This document shows, piece after piece, positions 30,015 to 38,332 of a stretch of 64,000 nucleotides of DNA. Position 1 is the first letter of the stretch; each line of letters opens with the position of its first letter. The stretch covers positions 136,677-200,676 of the forward strand of contig JBQLZK010000003.1 of assembly GCA_052168235.1 (NCBI GenBank), in the 5' to 3' direction. This stretch comes from Thainema sp. (lineage in GTDB: Bacteria > Cyanobacteriota > Cyanobacteriia > Phormidesmidales > Phormidesmidaceae). A program made the translations under genes and the position numbers. Under the pieces are notes generated by a model. The model was not told where the DNA came from, ran no database searches, and saw nothing but the letters and a program-made list of their open reading frames with translations.

Positions 30015-30309
30015 TTGAAAACCTGAAGGCTGGGGGGATTGCTTTACAGGGACACCTTCCCAGCCTTCTAGTTAAGTTTCGAGTTAGACGTTTCAGTGAT
30101 GCTGGCCGCAGCCGTGTGTTGTCAGCATCCTTCTTTCCCTAAATATTTGCCTCAACATTTCCCTAACCATGTGTCCTAACGTATTTTGTCTCCGCTAATT
30201 TCCAACTTTCTCCTTGGGTACAACACGAACATCATCACTAGACTCCCTTAACTCCCTAATGCGATCGCAACTCTGAAAAAGTGCGATCGCATTTTCTTTT
30301 CCATTTCAG

Positions 30310-30354
30310 AAAAGAGAGAGATGTCGCGACTTGGCAGCGGCATCTCTCTCTTTC
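30310..30354. terminator. Terminator hairpin after the beta-barrel gene
   Basis: aaagagagagatgtcgc...gcggcatctctctcttt. Confidence 0.6.
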
Positions 30355-30367
30355 TTAATCGAAACGC

Positions 30368-31621
30368 TTATCGCAGGGCTGGGAAGTTAACGCCGATGCC
30401 AAGCAGGAGACCTACTGCTGGATCGTCAAATAGTGAAACATTCACGGCTGCAACACCTGTGAAGTTGTCGCCGAGGGGAACATCAACGCCACCTGTTGCA
30501 AGGAAGTCAACCGAACCATCGTCGCCAGTTGAAATTGCCGCACCCGCGCCAATAAAGGGAGACACCCGGAAACCAATTTCTTCCGAAACGTTTTCTGTTA
30601 CCTCAGTCACGCCAGGAACAAAGTCAAACGTGACGGGCAACAAAATCGTCGGATTGTCATTAATCAGCACAGACGGGCGCACAGAGATATTTCGGGTTAG
30701 GCCAATTTTACTGAAGGCCGCAAAGCTGCCTTCCCCCAGTGCCGTTTCGCCATCACCGAGGCCAATGTTGCCGCCAATGCCGATGTAGCTTGGCCCTGAG
30801 CGGGTGGCGCGACCGGGAGAAATCGACTCTACTGCATCTTCAAAAACGTCATCGCCGTCACCATCATCCACGTCTTCATCTTCGAATAAGCCACCGTCTT
30901 CACCGTCGAGAACATCTTCATCGGGATCAGCTTCGTAGGTATCTTCCGCTTCCGGATTCGATTCGAAGACACCATCATCTTCCTCTAATGGCTCATCTTC
31001 ATTCAAGACATCGTTATCGTCGTCAAAAACGCCTGGATCCTCGTCGAACAGACCATCGTCTTGGCCTAAGTTCTCGTCATCTGCCTCTTCTTCATAGGTC
31101 TCATCATTTAGGACATCGTTATTGTTATCCAAAACGCCTGGATCATCATCGAGCAGACCGTCATCATCGTCGGTATCAACTTGGGATAAATAGTTAGTTT
31201 GATCCACTGTGACATCGCTAGCTGTAACACTGCTATCGACATCTGCAAAAACAGATTCATTACTGGGCGTAGCAACCGCTGCTTGTTCAGTTGCTTGTTC
31301 AGTAGAGGTGAGCGGCGTCAACGAATACTGAGTTGCAGGAGAAGTGGCAGACAAATTTGAGGACGTAACGGTAGACTCAGCCACTTTTGGATCGTTGGTT
31401 GGCAACAAATCTACAGCCCGAGTCGAAACGCTTTGTTTAATTTGATTATTAGCTTCTTTAAAGGAAACATTGGTTGCGATCGCAGATGCAGATTGTTCTG
31501 ATCGCTTGGATGAGACGTATGACGTCAGAGTCTCTGCCTGCGCGAGTGGTGCTGCTCCGAACAGCATTGCGATCGCGCTGATGAAAACAGAGACATGTTT
31601 TAGATGGTAGTTTGATTTCAC
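30368..31621 (-). CDS. Exported protein with acidic repeat region and C-terminal outer-membrane beta-barrel
   Basis: GTG start after a GAGGG RBS; signal peptide ending AQA; D/E repeats; C-terminal SYIGIGGNIG...SVRPS...PFIGAG...GGVDVPL...LLLGIGVNF amphipathic strands. Confidence 0.82.
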   Translation of the reverse strand: MKSNYHLKHVSVFISAIAMLFGAAPLAQAETLTSYVSSKRSEQSASAIATNVSFKEANNQIKQSVSTRAVDLLPTNDPKVAESTVTSSNLSATSPATQYSLTPLTSTEQATEQAAVATPSNESVFADVDSSVTASDVTVDQTNYLSQVDTDDDDGLLDDDPGVLDNNNDVLNDETYEEEADDENLGQDDGLFDEDPGVFDDDNDVLNEDEPLEEDDGVFESNPEAEDTYEADPDEDVLDGEDGGLFEDEDVDDGDGDDVFEDAVESISPGRATRSGPSYIGIGGNIGLGDGETALGEGSFAAFSKIGLTRNISVRPSVLINDNPTILLPVTFDFVPGVTEVTENVSEEIGFRVSPFIGAGAAISTGDDGSVDFLATGGVDVPLGDNFTGVAAVNVSLFDDPAVGLLLGIGVNFPALR

Positions 31622-31945
31622 TGCTATACCCTCAGCTCTAATATTTGCTGTTTCACCACAGAGACACAGGCAACCCTGATCCACATCAGAATTCGTATCA
31701 GAATGGTAATTGACTCAACATAGCTAGAGCTTAGTGAGGGTTTATAGGCAATTCCTCTATCAAAAGAAACGGGTAACGCCAGAATTTGCGAATCTTGCCA
31801 GCTTATTGCTTGTTTTGGCAAATGCTGGATAAGAATTCTTAGCAGAAGGCCAGTTCTGAGCTTGAGTAGCTTTAATCGAATTGCATTAAAAACCTGCATG
31901 TTCAAATTTAGAAAAATCCGGCAAGATAGCGAGTATCAACCTCTA

Positions 31946-32049
31946 ATATCAAATCCTTCTACAAGAACCCAATTCACTTTTTGCGAAACGCTTGCGGAGC
32001 AAGCGTTTCGCAAAAAGTGAATCATGGTTTTTCAACCGGACTTCATATA
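31946..32049. mobile_element. ~100-bp hairpin MITE-like element (uninterrupted relative of 254-530)
   Basis: Imperfect TIRs tatcaaatcc / ggacttcata; central long IR ttcactttttgcgaaacgcttgc-gga-gcaagcgtttcgcaaaaagtgaa. Confidence 0.7.
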
Positions 32050-32069
32050 ATATTTGCCGATGACTGCCG

Positions 32070-32540
32070 ATGATTATTGATCCGCATCAGGTACCCGATT
32101 CGACAGGCACAGGTTATCCCGCACCGTTTCGCGCTCAAGTGGCAGGTCGCAGTCGCAAGCGAGTTGGCAACGCAGCAGGGCTGACCAACTTTGGCGTTAA
32201 CTTAGTCACGCTACCGTCAGGAAGCGCCTCTGCTCTGCGCCACTGGCACACTCGCCAAGACGAGTTTATCTACGTTGTTGAAGGCGAACTGACGCTGGTG
32301 ATGGATGATGGCGAACAGGTTTTGCAACCGGGAATGATGGCCGGATTTGCCGCTGGAAAACCCAACGGTCACTGCTTGATTAATCGCAGCAGTCAACCCG
32401 CTGTTTATCTCGAAATTGGCGATCGCACATCCGGCGATCAGGCTCATTATCCTGGTGTTGATTTGCTGGCAACCGACACGCCAACCGGATACCGATTTAC
32501 CCATGTTGATGGAACTGCCTACGCCAAGGATGAGTCATGA
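32070..32540 (+). CDS. Cupin domain protein
   Basis: GLTNFGVNLV.LP.G..SALRHWH..QDEFIYVVEGEL...GHCLINRS...YLEIGDR. Confidence 0.9.
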   Translation: MIIDPHQVPDSTGTGYPAPFRAQVAGRSRKRVGNAAGLTNFGVNLVTLPSGSASALRHWHTRQDEFIYVVEGELTLVMDDGEQVLQPGMMAGFAAGKPNGHCLINRSSQPAVYLEIGDRTSGDQAHYPGVDLLATDTPTGYRFTHVDGTAYAKDES

Positions 32541-33529
32541 CAGCCGCCAATTCAACCACGTTATCGCTGCCAGATATCACCTACGCGGACATTATCGCAG
32601 CGGCGGAGCGGCTCAGTGGTGTGGCGAATCGAACCCCCGTGTTAACGTCGCGAACCTTGAATCGCCAAACGGGTGGCGAGATCTTTTTTAAGTGCGAGAA
32701 CTTTCAGCGGATGGGCGCGTTTAAATTTCGGGGCGCATACAACGCTTTGTCTCGCTTGGATAATAAACTGCGATCGCAAGGTGTCCTCACCCTCTCTTCC
32801 GGTAATCACGCTCAAGCTGTAGCCTTATCCGGTCAGCTTTTGGGGATTCAAACCACTATTTTGATGCCCACCGATGCACCTACGGTGAAGCGTGAGGCAA
32901 CCGCTGGTTATGGTGCCGAAATTATTCTCTACGACCGTGCTACAACTGATCGCGAACAGTTAGCTTACCAGGTTCTGGCTGAGCGCAACCTGGCGTTTAT
33001 TCATCCCTACGATTACCCCCATGTGATTGCTGGACAGGGCACCGTTGCCCAAGAATTGCTGGAAGAAGTCGGTGAACTGGATCAACTACTTGTCTGCTGC
33101 GGTGGGGGTGGATTGTTATCAGGATGTGCGATCGCAACTCGTACGCTATCACCTAACTGTCGAGTCATTGGCGTGGAACCTGCCGCCGCCGATGATGCCA
33201 CTCGTTCGTTTCAAACCCGGACGCTGCAAACGGTGGACAATCCCGATACGATCTGTGATGGGGCACGGACGCCGCATTTGGGCAAGCTGACGTTTCCTTT
33301 GGTTTTGTACTATGTCAACGATATGAAAACCGTGACCGATGCAGAGGTGATGCGTACGATGCGATATCTCTGGGAACGGCTCAAAATCGTGATTGAACCC
33401 ACAGGCTGTCTCGCTGCCGCTGCGGTTTTGGCGCACAAAGTCCCTACAGATGGACAGCGCATCGGTGTGATCATCAGCGGCGGCAACGTTGACTTGCAGC
33501 AAGTGGGTCAGTGGTTCACTGCGCTTTAG
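32537..33529 (+). CDS. PLP-dependent Ser/Thr dehydratase (threo-3-hydroxyaspartate ammonia-lyase-like)
   Basis: KCENFQRMGAFKFRGAYN, SSGNHAQA, GGGGLLSG, SGGNVD; ATGA overlap with the cupin gene. Confidence 0.92.
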   Translation: MTAANSTTLSLPDITYADIIAAAERLSGVANRTPVLTSRTLNRQTGGEIFFKCENFQRMGAFKFRGAYNALSRLDNKLRSQGVLTLSSGNHAQAVALSGQLLGIQTTILMPTDAPTVKREATAGYGAEIILYDRATTDREQLAYQVLAERNLAFIHPYDYPHVIAGQGTVAQELLEEVGELDQLLVCCGGGGLLSGCAIATRTLSPNCRVIGVEPAAADDATRSFQTRTLQTVDNPDTICDGARTPHLGKLTFPLVLYYVNDMKTVTDAEVMRTMRYLWERLKIVIEPTGCLAAAAVLAHKVPTDGQRIGVIISGGNVDLQQVGQWFTAL

Positions 33530-33582
33530 CGTCTAATTTATTGGGCCTAACAGCGTCAGCCTAAGTGATTTGCCGTTAGGAA

Positions 33583-33675
33583 CGCGGATCTAATCAGGTG
33601 AATTTTGGGGGGGGTAGGGACACGGCGATGCCGTGTCCCCGCAGATGAAGCGGTTTATAAGCTATTTAATCCAAA
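33583..33675. repeat. REP-like element, copy 1
   Basis: cgcggat.taatcaggtgaa...gggacacggc..tgccgtg.ccc..cagatg...gctatttaatcca; second copy at 61161-61250. Confidence 0.75.
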
Positions 33676-33678
33676 TTT

Positions 33679-34104
33679 TTAGAGAGAATTGCGGGATTCG
33701 ATCGTGTTCGTGAGGCGAACGATGGCATTGGTTAATTCCTGCTCGACCGCCACTGGATCGGGGACAGGAATTTCAGCTTCGACCACTTCTTTCTTCCGCT
33801 TGAACTTTTCAAACGCTCGCACAATTAGGAAGATGACAAAGGCAATAATCAAAAAATCGACAACGGTTCCGAAAAAGCTGCCGATGCGAATACCGGGGCC
33901 AATTGTGGCTTCGCGCCAGCTTGTTCCAGCCTGACTCAGAACCGGATTGATGATTCCTGGCATGATAATGTCCTCGACCAGAGACGTAATCACTTTGCCA
34001 AAGGCGGCACCGATGATGACGGCGACCGCTAAATCAACAACGTTGCCCCGCGCGATAAACTCCCTAAAATCATGCAGAAAACCATTTCGACGTGGTGATG
34101 TCAT
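33679..34104 (-). CDS. mscL: Large-conductance mechanosensitive channel
   Basis: FREFIARGNVVDLAVAVIIGAAFGKVITSLVEDIIMP...GSF...DFLIIAFVIF. Confidence 0.96.
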   Translation of the reverse strand: MTSPRRNGFLHDFREFIARGNVVDLAVAVIIGAAFGKVITSLVEDIIMPGIINPVLSQAGTSWREATIGPGIRIGSFFGTVVDFLIIAFVIFLIVRAFEKFKRKKEVVEAEIPVPDPVAVEQELTNAIVRLTNTIESRNSL

Positions 34105-34298
34105 ACCCACACCTCTATACCTGTTATAGATTTTTGATACAGATTAAGCTGAAATCGCGGCCAGAAGTCTTAAATCCGTCTGTAGTTTGTAGCTTGTCAA
34201 CTGCAATGACTTAGTTCGGCGGAGGTCTGACGGAAGTTGGATAATCCGCTATCTTGAATGAATAGGCAAACCATTTTGAATAGTCGATCACCGAATTG

Positions 34299-34541
34299 AT
34301 GAGCCAATCTACACCAACAACCGATCACTCAACGGATAACTCGCCAGCAGAAACCGCGATCGCAGATCAATCTCCGTCAACTTCGTCAACTGCATCTCCA
34401 ACCAGCGAACCACCCCCTTCCTACGTCAAGCTGGCCATGCGCAATATGGTAAAAAAGGGCAGTAAGTCGCTCTTTCACTTTGCGTTGACCAGTGTTGGCC
34501 TGTTGGCAGTACTGGTCGGCTTAGCTTATCTGACCCGGTAA
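34299..34541 (+). CDS. DUF3285 family small membrane protein
   Basis: PSYVKLAMRNMVKKG.KSL.HF.LT..GLL..LVGLAYLTR, upstream of ybeY. Confidence 0.85.
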   Translation: MSQSTPTTDHSTDNSPAETAIADQSPSTSSTASPTSEPPPSYVKLAMRNMVKKGSKSLFHFALTSVGLLAVLVGLAYLTR

Positions 34542-34556
34542 TTCTGGTAACCCTTA

Positions 34557-35090
34557 ATGGCGATTGAAACTCCAAAACGTTCGGCTTTACCGGACGTAGA
34601 TGTCACTGTCGAATATCGAAACGAGAATGATCCGGCTTCAGAAACTCCAGTAATTGCAATCGACAGTTGGCAGTCCTGGTTTCAAACCTGGCTGGCTCAT
34701 TTAGACCTGGATTTGTCGCCGATTAACGCCTATGAGCTGAGCCTGTTGCTAACCGATGATGCTGAAATTCAGCAGCTCAATGCTCAGTTTCGCCACCAGG
34801 ATAAGCCCACTGATGTGCTGTCGTTCGCGGCGTTAGAAACAGAAGGCGCAGTGCCAGAAGTACTGCGGCACGAAATTCCACTCAATCTCGGTGACATCAT
34901 TATTTCCATCGATACCGCCCAGCGGCAGGCAGATGAACGAGGGCATTCACTGCGCTGGGAACTGGCTTGGTTGGCAACGCATGGACTGCTGCATCTGCTG
35001 GGCTGGGATCACCCCACTGAGGAGCGGTTGCAGGAAATGCTCGACCAGCAAGACGTTTTATTAGATGCGATCGCACTTGATGCAAATTAA
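34557..35090 (+). CDS. ybeY: rRNA maturation RNase YbeY
   Basis: LNAQFRHQDKPTDVLSF, LGDIIIS, HGLLHLLGWDH. Confidence 0.96.
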   Translation: MAIETPKRSALPDVDVTVEYRNENDPASETPVIAIDSWQSWFQTWLAHLDLDLSPINAYELSLLLTDDAEIQQLNAQFRHQDKPTDVLSFAALETEGAVPEVLRHEIPLNLGDIIISIDTAQRQADERGHSLRWELAWLATHGLLHLLGWDHPTEERLQEMLDQQDVLLDAIALDAN

Positions 35091-35118
35091 AAAGCACAAG
35101 ATCTAGGTAAATCTAAGT

Positions 35119-35727
35119 TTACCAGAGCGCACGAACTGGAGCAGTGGTTTCAGTGGTTTCAACGGTTTCCGTTTCTGGCTGAGCCACGATGGGTTCTTCT
35201 TCCACTTCCGTTTCGGTCGTCACGGTTTCTTCGGTTGTCACGACTTCCTCTTCGACAACCGTTTCTTCCTCGACGACCTCTTCGTCAACAACGGTTTCGT
35301 CGTCAACCTCTACGATTTGCACAGACTCACCACCAGGGCCAGTCACGGCTACAACCATGTCATCCATTAACACCATTTCGATGACAGTACCTTCTTCAAT
35401 ACCGGCTTGAATCTGAGATTCGCGAGGAATGTCGTAGAAAGAGGTCTCTCCGGTTTCGGAATCTCGAACTCGTACCTCGTTGCCAACGACATCAACAACG
35501 GTGCCGCTCACAACGGTTGTTTCTGCTGTTTCATCAACCTGACTAATCGTTTCGGCCTCAGCCGCTGGCATCGCTTCTTCGGTCATGGCGTCTTCAGGCA
35601 TGACCTCTTCCGTCATCATGTCAGCTTCCGTTATCGTCGCATGATTATCAGCGGCTGCAGGCTGGGCCACGCTAATCCCGACAGAGAAAATAGCTGCGAT
35701 CGCAAGGATTTCCTTTGTTAAAGACAT
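35119..35727 (-). CDS. Exported acidic (Glu/Thr/Val-rich) hypothetical protein ending PVRALW
   Basis: ATG at 35727 after GAAGGAG; signal peptide ...AQPAAA; small beta module VSGTVVDVVGNEVRV; E/T/V-rich tail. Confidence 0.82.
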   Translation of the reverse strand: MSLTKEILAIAAIFSVGISVAQPAAADNHATITEADMMTEEVMPEDAMTEEAMPAAEAETISQVDETAETTVVSGTVVDVVGNEVRVRDSETGETSFYDIPRESQIQAGIEEGTVIEMVLMDDMVVAVTGPGGESVQIVEVDDETVVDEEVVEEETVVEEEVVTTEETVTTETEVEEEPIVAQPETETVETTETTAPVRALW

Positions 35728-36126
35728 TGTGTTCACTCCTTCAATAATTAGTGACAGCGTAGATGCTTGTACTAACTTTTTACTTTTAATCTTATTACTC
35801 AATGGCCAAAACGAATCATTTGAGTTAAAAATGGCTTGTTTTGGAGGAATAGTCTACTTTTTCAGGACTTACTTGGCGCACTTTTATTTGGCATACCCTA
35901 CATTTTGCACCTTGTATGTGAGTTGTCCATTAGACTCAAGACATAGAAAATTTGGGAGCTATAGAACCCATTTTGTAGTTGATAATTCTGCAACTAAAGC
36001 CCGCTTTAACTTTGATCAAAGGTACGTACAGCCCTTTTCATCAAAGCCAGTCCTAACGTACAACAAAAATCATTGCCGGAATACCACTACCCACCAAAAT
36101 CTAAGGCAACGTCAGTTTGGGGTAAA

Positions 36127-36226
36127 AGCACTTTGGAGGTTCGCGCGACGCGCGAACCTCCAAAGTGCTGATTTTGCCGAAGTCACGTTAAAGCATAAGA
36201 ACAGCGTGCGATCGCACGCTGTTCTT
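36127..36226. repeat. Two adjacent perfect palindromes (probable terminators)
   Basis: 21-bp arms with a 1-nt centre (36127-36169) and a loop-less 30-bp palindrome centred on HIP1 (36197-36226). Confidence 0.75.
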
Positions 36227-36262
36227 CTAGGTTTACTGCAAAGATAGGCTGAGATTGATCCG

Positions 36263-37003
36263 TTAACTGAGCTGATCAATTAGGACGCCCGCTTCCCGCT
36301 GGGTGGGGAGAACCTTGAGAATATCCAGTTGGGCACAGTATTCGAGATCTTCTGTGTTGCCCAGCCGCAGCAGCCGCTGTCCGTGACTGGCAATTTTTAG
36401 TAAATCCAGCAGCCGATGCTGCCACTGTTGATAGAGGCTCACCGCTGCCACAACTTCGTCATTGCCCGCCAGATCGACAAAACTTTGACCCGTCGCCTGC
36501 ATAACCGCATCTGCGATCGCACCTGCACAAACCGTATCTTCAAGGGAATAGCTACCTTCCCAACCGGAACCTACCATCCAAACCGTTTCCGGCTGCTGGC
36601 GCAGCAAGTAATCCACAACGGTCTGACGGTTGATCAGGGCTGCGGTCAGCACCGTTTTAGACGGCTGAACACGCTCCAGGCAGCGAGTGCCGTTAGTGGT
36701 GCTCATAAACAGGCGCTTGCCGCCCGTTGTCTGCTCAGTATGATCGAGCGGCGAGTTGCCCAAGTCGCAACCGTCTACCATTTTTCCACCCCGTTCACCC
36801 GCCCGGATGCGCTTATCGGCAGCCCACGCCTCACTAGTTTGCATCAGTTGGTCAATATCGCTGAAGGCTTGAATCGCCTCCGCTCCTACCGATAGTGCTT
36901 TGGCGATAGTGGTCGTCGCGCGCAGGACATCAATTGCGATCGCGCATTCAGGCTGAGCATCAACAGGTGTTGCTTCGGGGGTATGGTAAACAAAAAATTT
37001 CAC
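36263..37003 (-). CDS. comB: 2-phosphosulfolactate phosphatase family protein
   Basis: [16 protein letters not shown]...[34 protein letters not shown] start at 37003. Confidence 0.92.
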   Translation of the reverse strand: MKFFVYHTPEATPVDAQPECAIAIDVLRATTTIAKALSVGAEAIQAFSDIDQLMQTSEAWAADKRIRAGERGGKMVDGCDLGNSPLDHTEQTTGGKRLFMSTTNGTRCLERVQPSKTVLTAALINRQTVVDYLLRQQPETVWMVGSGWEGSYSLEDTVCAGAIADAVMQATGQSFVDLAGNDEVVAAVSLYQQWQHRLLDLLKIASHGQRLLRLGNTEDLEYCAQLDILKVLPTQREAGVLIDQLS

Positions 37004-37111
37004 GGATAGTTGCCAACAGGTACTTACAAATTTAAAGATCAACGCCCCCTATTCTACGGGTATACGGTACCGAAACAGAAGTGAGATTTCACGTAGCAAG
37101 CCATAAACAAT

Positions 37112-37666
37112 TCAACTAACCGTCCCAATTTCCATGACGCTCTCATCATTGGGAACCGACCGAAATAGTGCTGGATGACCTGTTTTTAGCCCCATGCGCA
37201 GCAACGAGTCATGGGATATAGGTGGGCAAATTTGGCCAAATGTCCATGACAAAACCTGCACCATTGCTGCAGACATCGACGCAGTGGCAAAGAGGGAAAA
37301 TGGCCGAGGCCGAGCCGATGGCGCATGTGCAGGCGGCAGACTAAGCACCTGTTCGAGATTTAAATTGGCTGTTACCTGTTTAACCGCTTCAGCAAGAAGA
37401 GGAACCTGTACCTGACTGGTCAAAATCAATTCTTGCTCAACATATTCAGACTGAACTTGCACATTCACGTTAGATGCAGTTGGTTGAAAATCAGCCGCAG
37501 CAGTCTGAGTAGCGCTGTAGGCTTGAGCTGCATGATCAACTTTTGTAGCGTCAGTATTCGACGCTGGAATGTGTGAAGCATCAATAACGACTGGTTCAAT
37601 ATAAATCGGAATTCTCAATTTAATTGGAATAGTGATTTCGTATTGATAAGGTCTGGAATAGCGCAT
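37112..37666 (-). CDS. Hypothetical protein with N-terminal E-I-x-I-P-I-x-L-R-I-P-I-Y-I-x-P-V-V-I motif
   Basis: Open frame; TAAGG upstream of the ATG at 37666; N-terminal motif shared with 37996-38175. Confidence 0.65.
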   Translation of the reverse strand: MRYSRPYQYEITIPIKLRIPIYIEPVVIDASHIPASNTDATKVDHAAQAYSATQTAAADFQPTASNVNVQVQSEYVEQELILTSQVQVPLLAEAVKQVTANLNLEQVLSLPPAHAPSARPRPFSLFATASMSAAMVQVLSWTFGQICPPISHDSLLRMGLKTGHPALFRSVPNDESVMEIGTVS

Positions 37667-37995
37667 AGGGTGATGCCTTAAATACATGAATTTAGACGTC
37701 AAGAAATCGCACCGTTCAATTTAAAAACGTTGCCAACTATAGCCGTCGCCACCTTGATCGAAACATCTATCAAATCTAATACCAAATCCAATATTTAAAC
37801 GATATTGAAACGTTTGAACAGTTTCAGAGTGTCCCAACATCCTAGCCAATGGGACTACTGCTATAAAACGCCATAAACGTAAGCGTGTGAATATCCAAAT
37901 AATGCCCATGAGATATCCATACAGCAGATATCCCATGAGCACTAAACAGGTTTGATCCACAGCTTCAACATCAGCTCGACAAGCCATCTAGCTAT

Positions 37996-38175
37996 TTAGT
38001 AGCCATTTCTCTCAACGCACTTGGGTTCTTTTTCAATCACAATCGGAGCCACATAAACTGGCACCTTCATGATGATTGGAACGCAGACTTCACAAGCCCG
38101 TTTGTAGTACTTGTCGTAAGCATCGTAGCTATATTCTTCAGTTTTATAGTCAGAGTTATGAGTTTCAGTCGTCAT
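37996..38175 (-). CDS. Small 59-aa Tyr/Cys/Pro/Val-rich hypothetical protein
   Basis: AGGTGA RBS 5 nt before the ATG at 38175; its motif is homologous to the N-terminus of the downstream ORF. Confidence 0.7.
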   Translation of the reverse strand: MTTETHNSDYKTEEYSYDAYDKYYKRACEVCVPIIMKVPVYVAPIVIEKEPKCVERNGY

Positions 38176-38257
38176 AGCAATCACCTAGAACATCGATGTT
38201 TCTATCTTGTTCTAGACAATCATCTGTCAACATGACCTACGCGGGGTATATCTCGTT

Positions 38258-38316
38258 AAAAAAGAATCAGGCTTTTTGCTATCGCTTAGCGGTAACAAAA
38301 AGCCTGATTCTTTTTT
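38258..38316. terminator. Long hairpin terminator after gatB
   Basis: aaaaaagaatcaggctttttg...caaaaagcctgattcttttttt. Confidence 0.8.
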
Positions 38317-38332
38317 ATGAAATGCAAAATAT

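Noticed and set aside
35729..36247. 172-aa ORF on the + strand
   Set aside because: Runs through AT-rich promoter DNA and two palindromes; no protein-like features.
36263..37003. comB and cofH as evidence of methanogen-type cofactor pathways or HGT
   Set aside because: Both families are widespread in cyanobacteria; no partner pathway genes here; composition is native and HIP1 is present.
37721..37987. 88-aa ORF between the two motif-sharing genes
   Set aside because: Lacks the shared motif and a clear RBS, and its composition is not convincing. Not called, but worth rechecking with Ribo-seq because it is co-oriented and starts 8 bp after the small gene.
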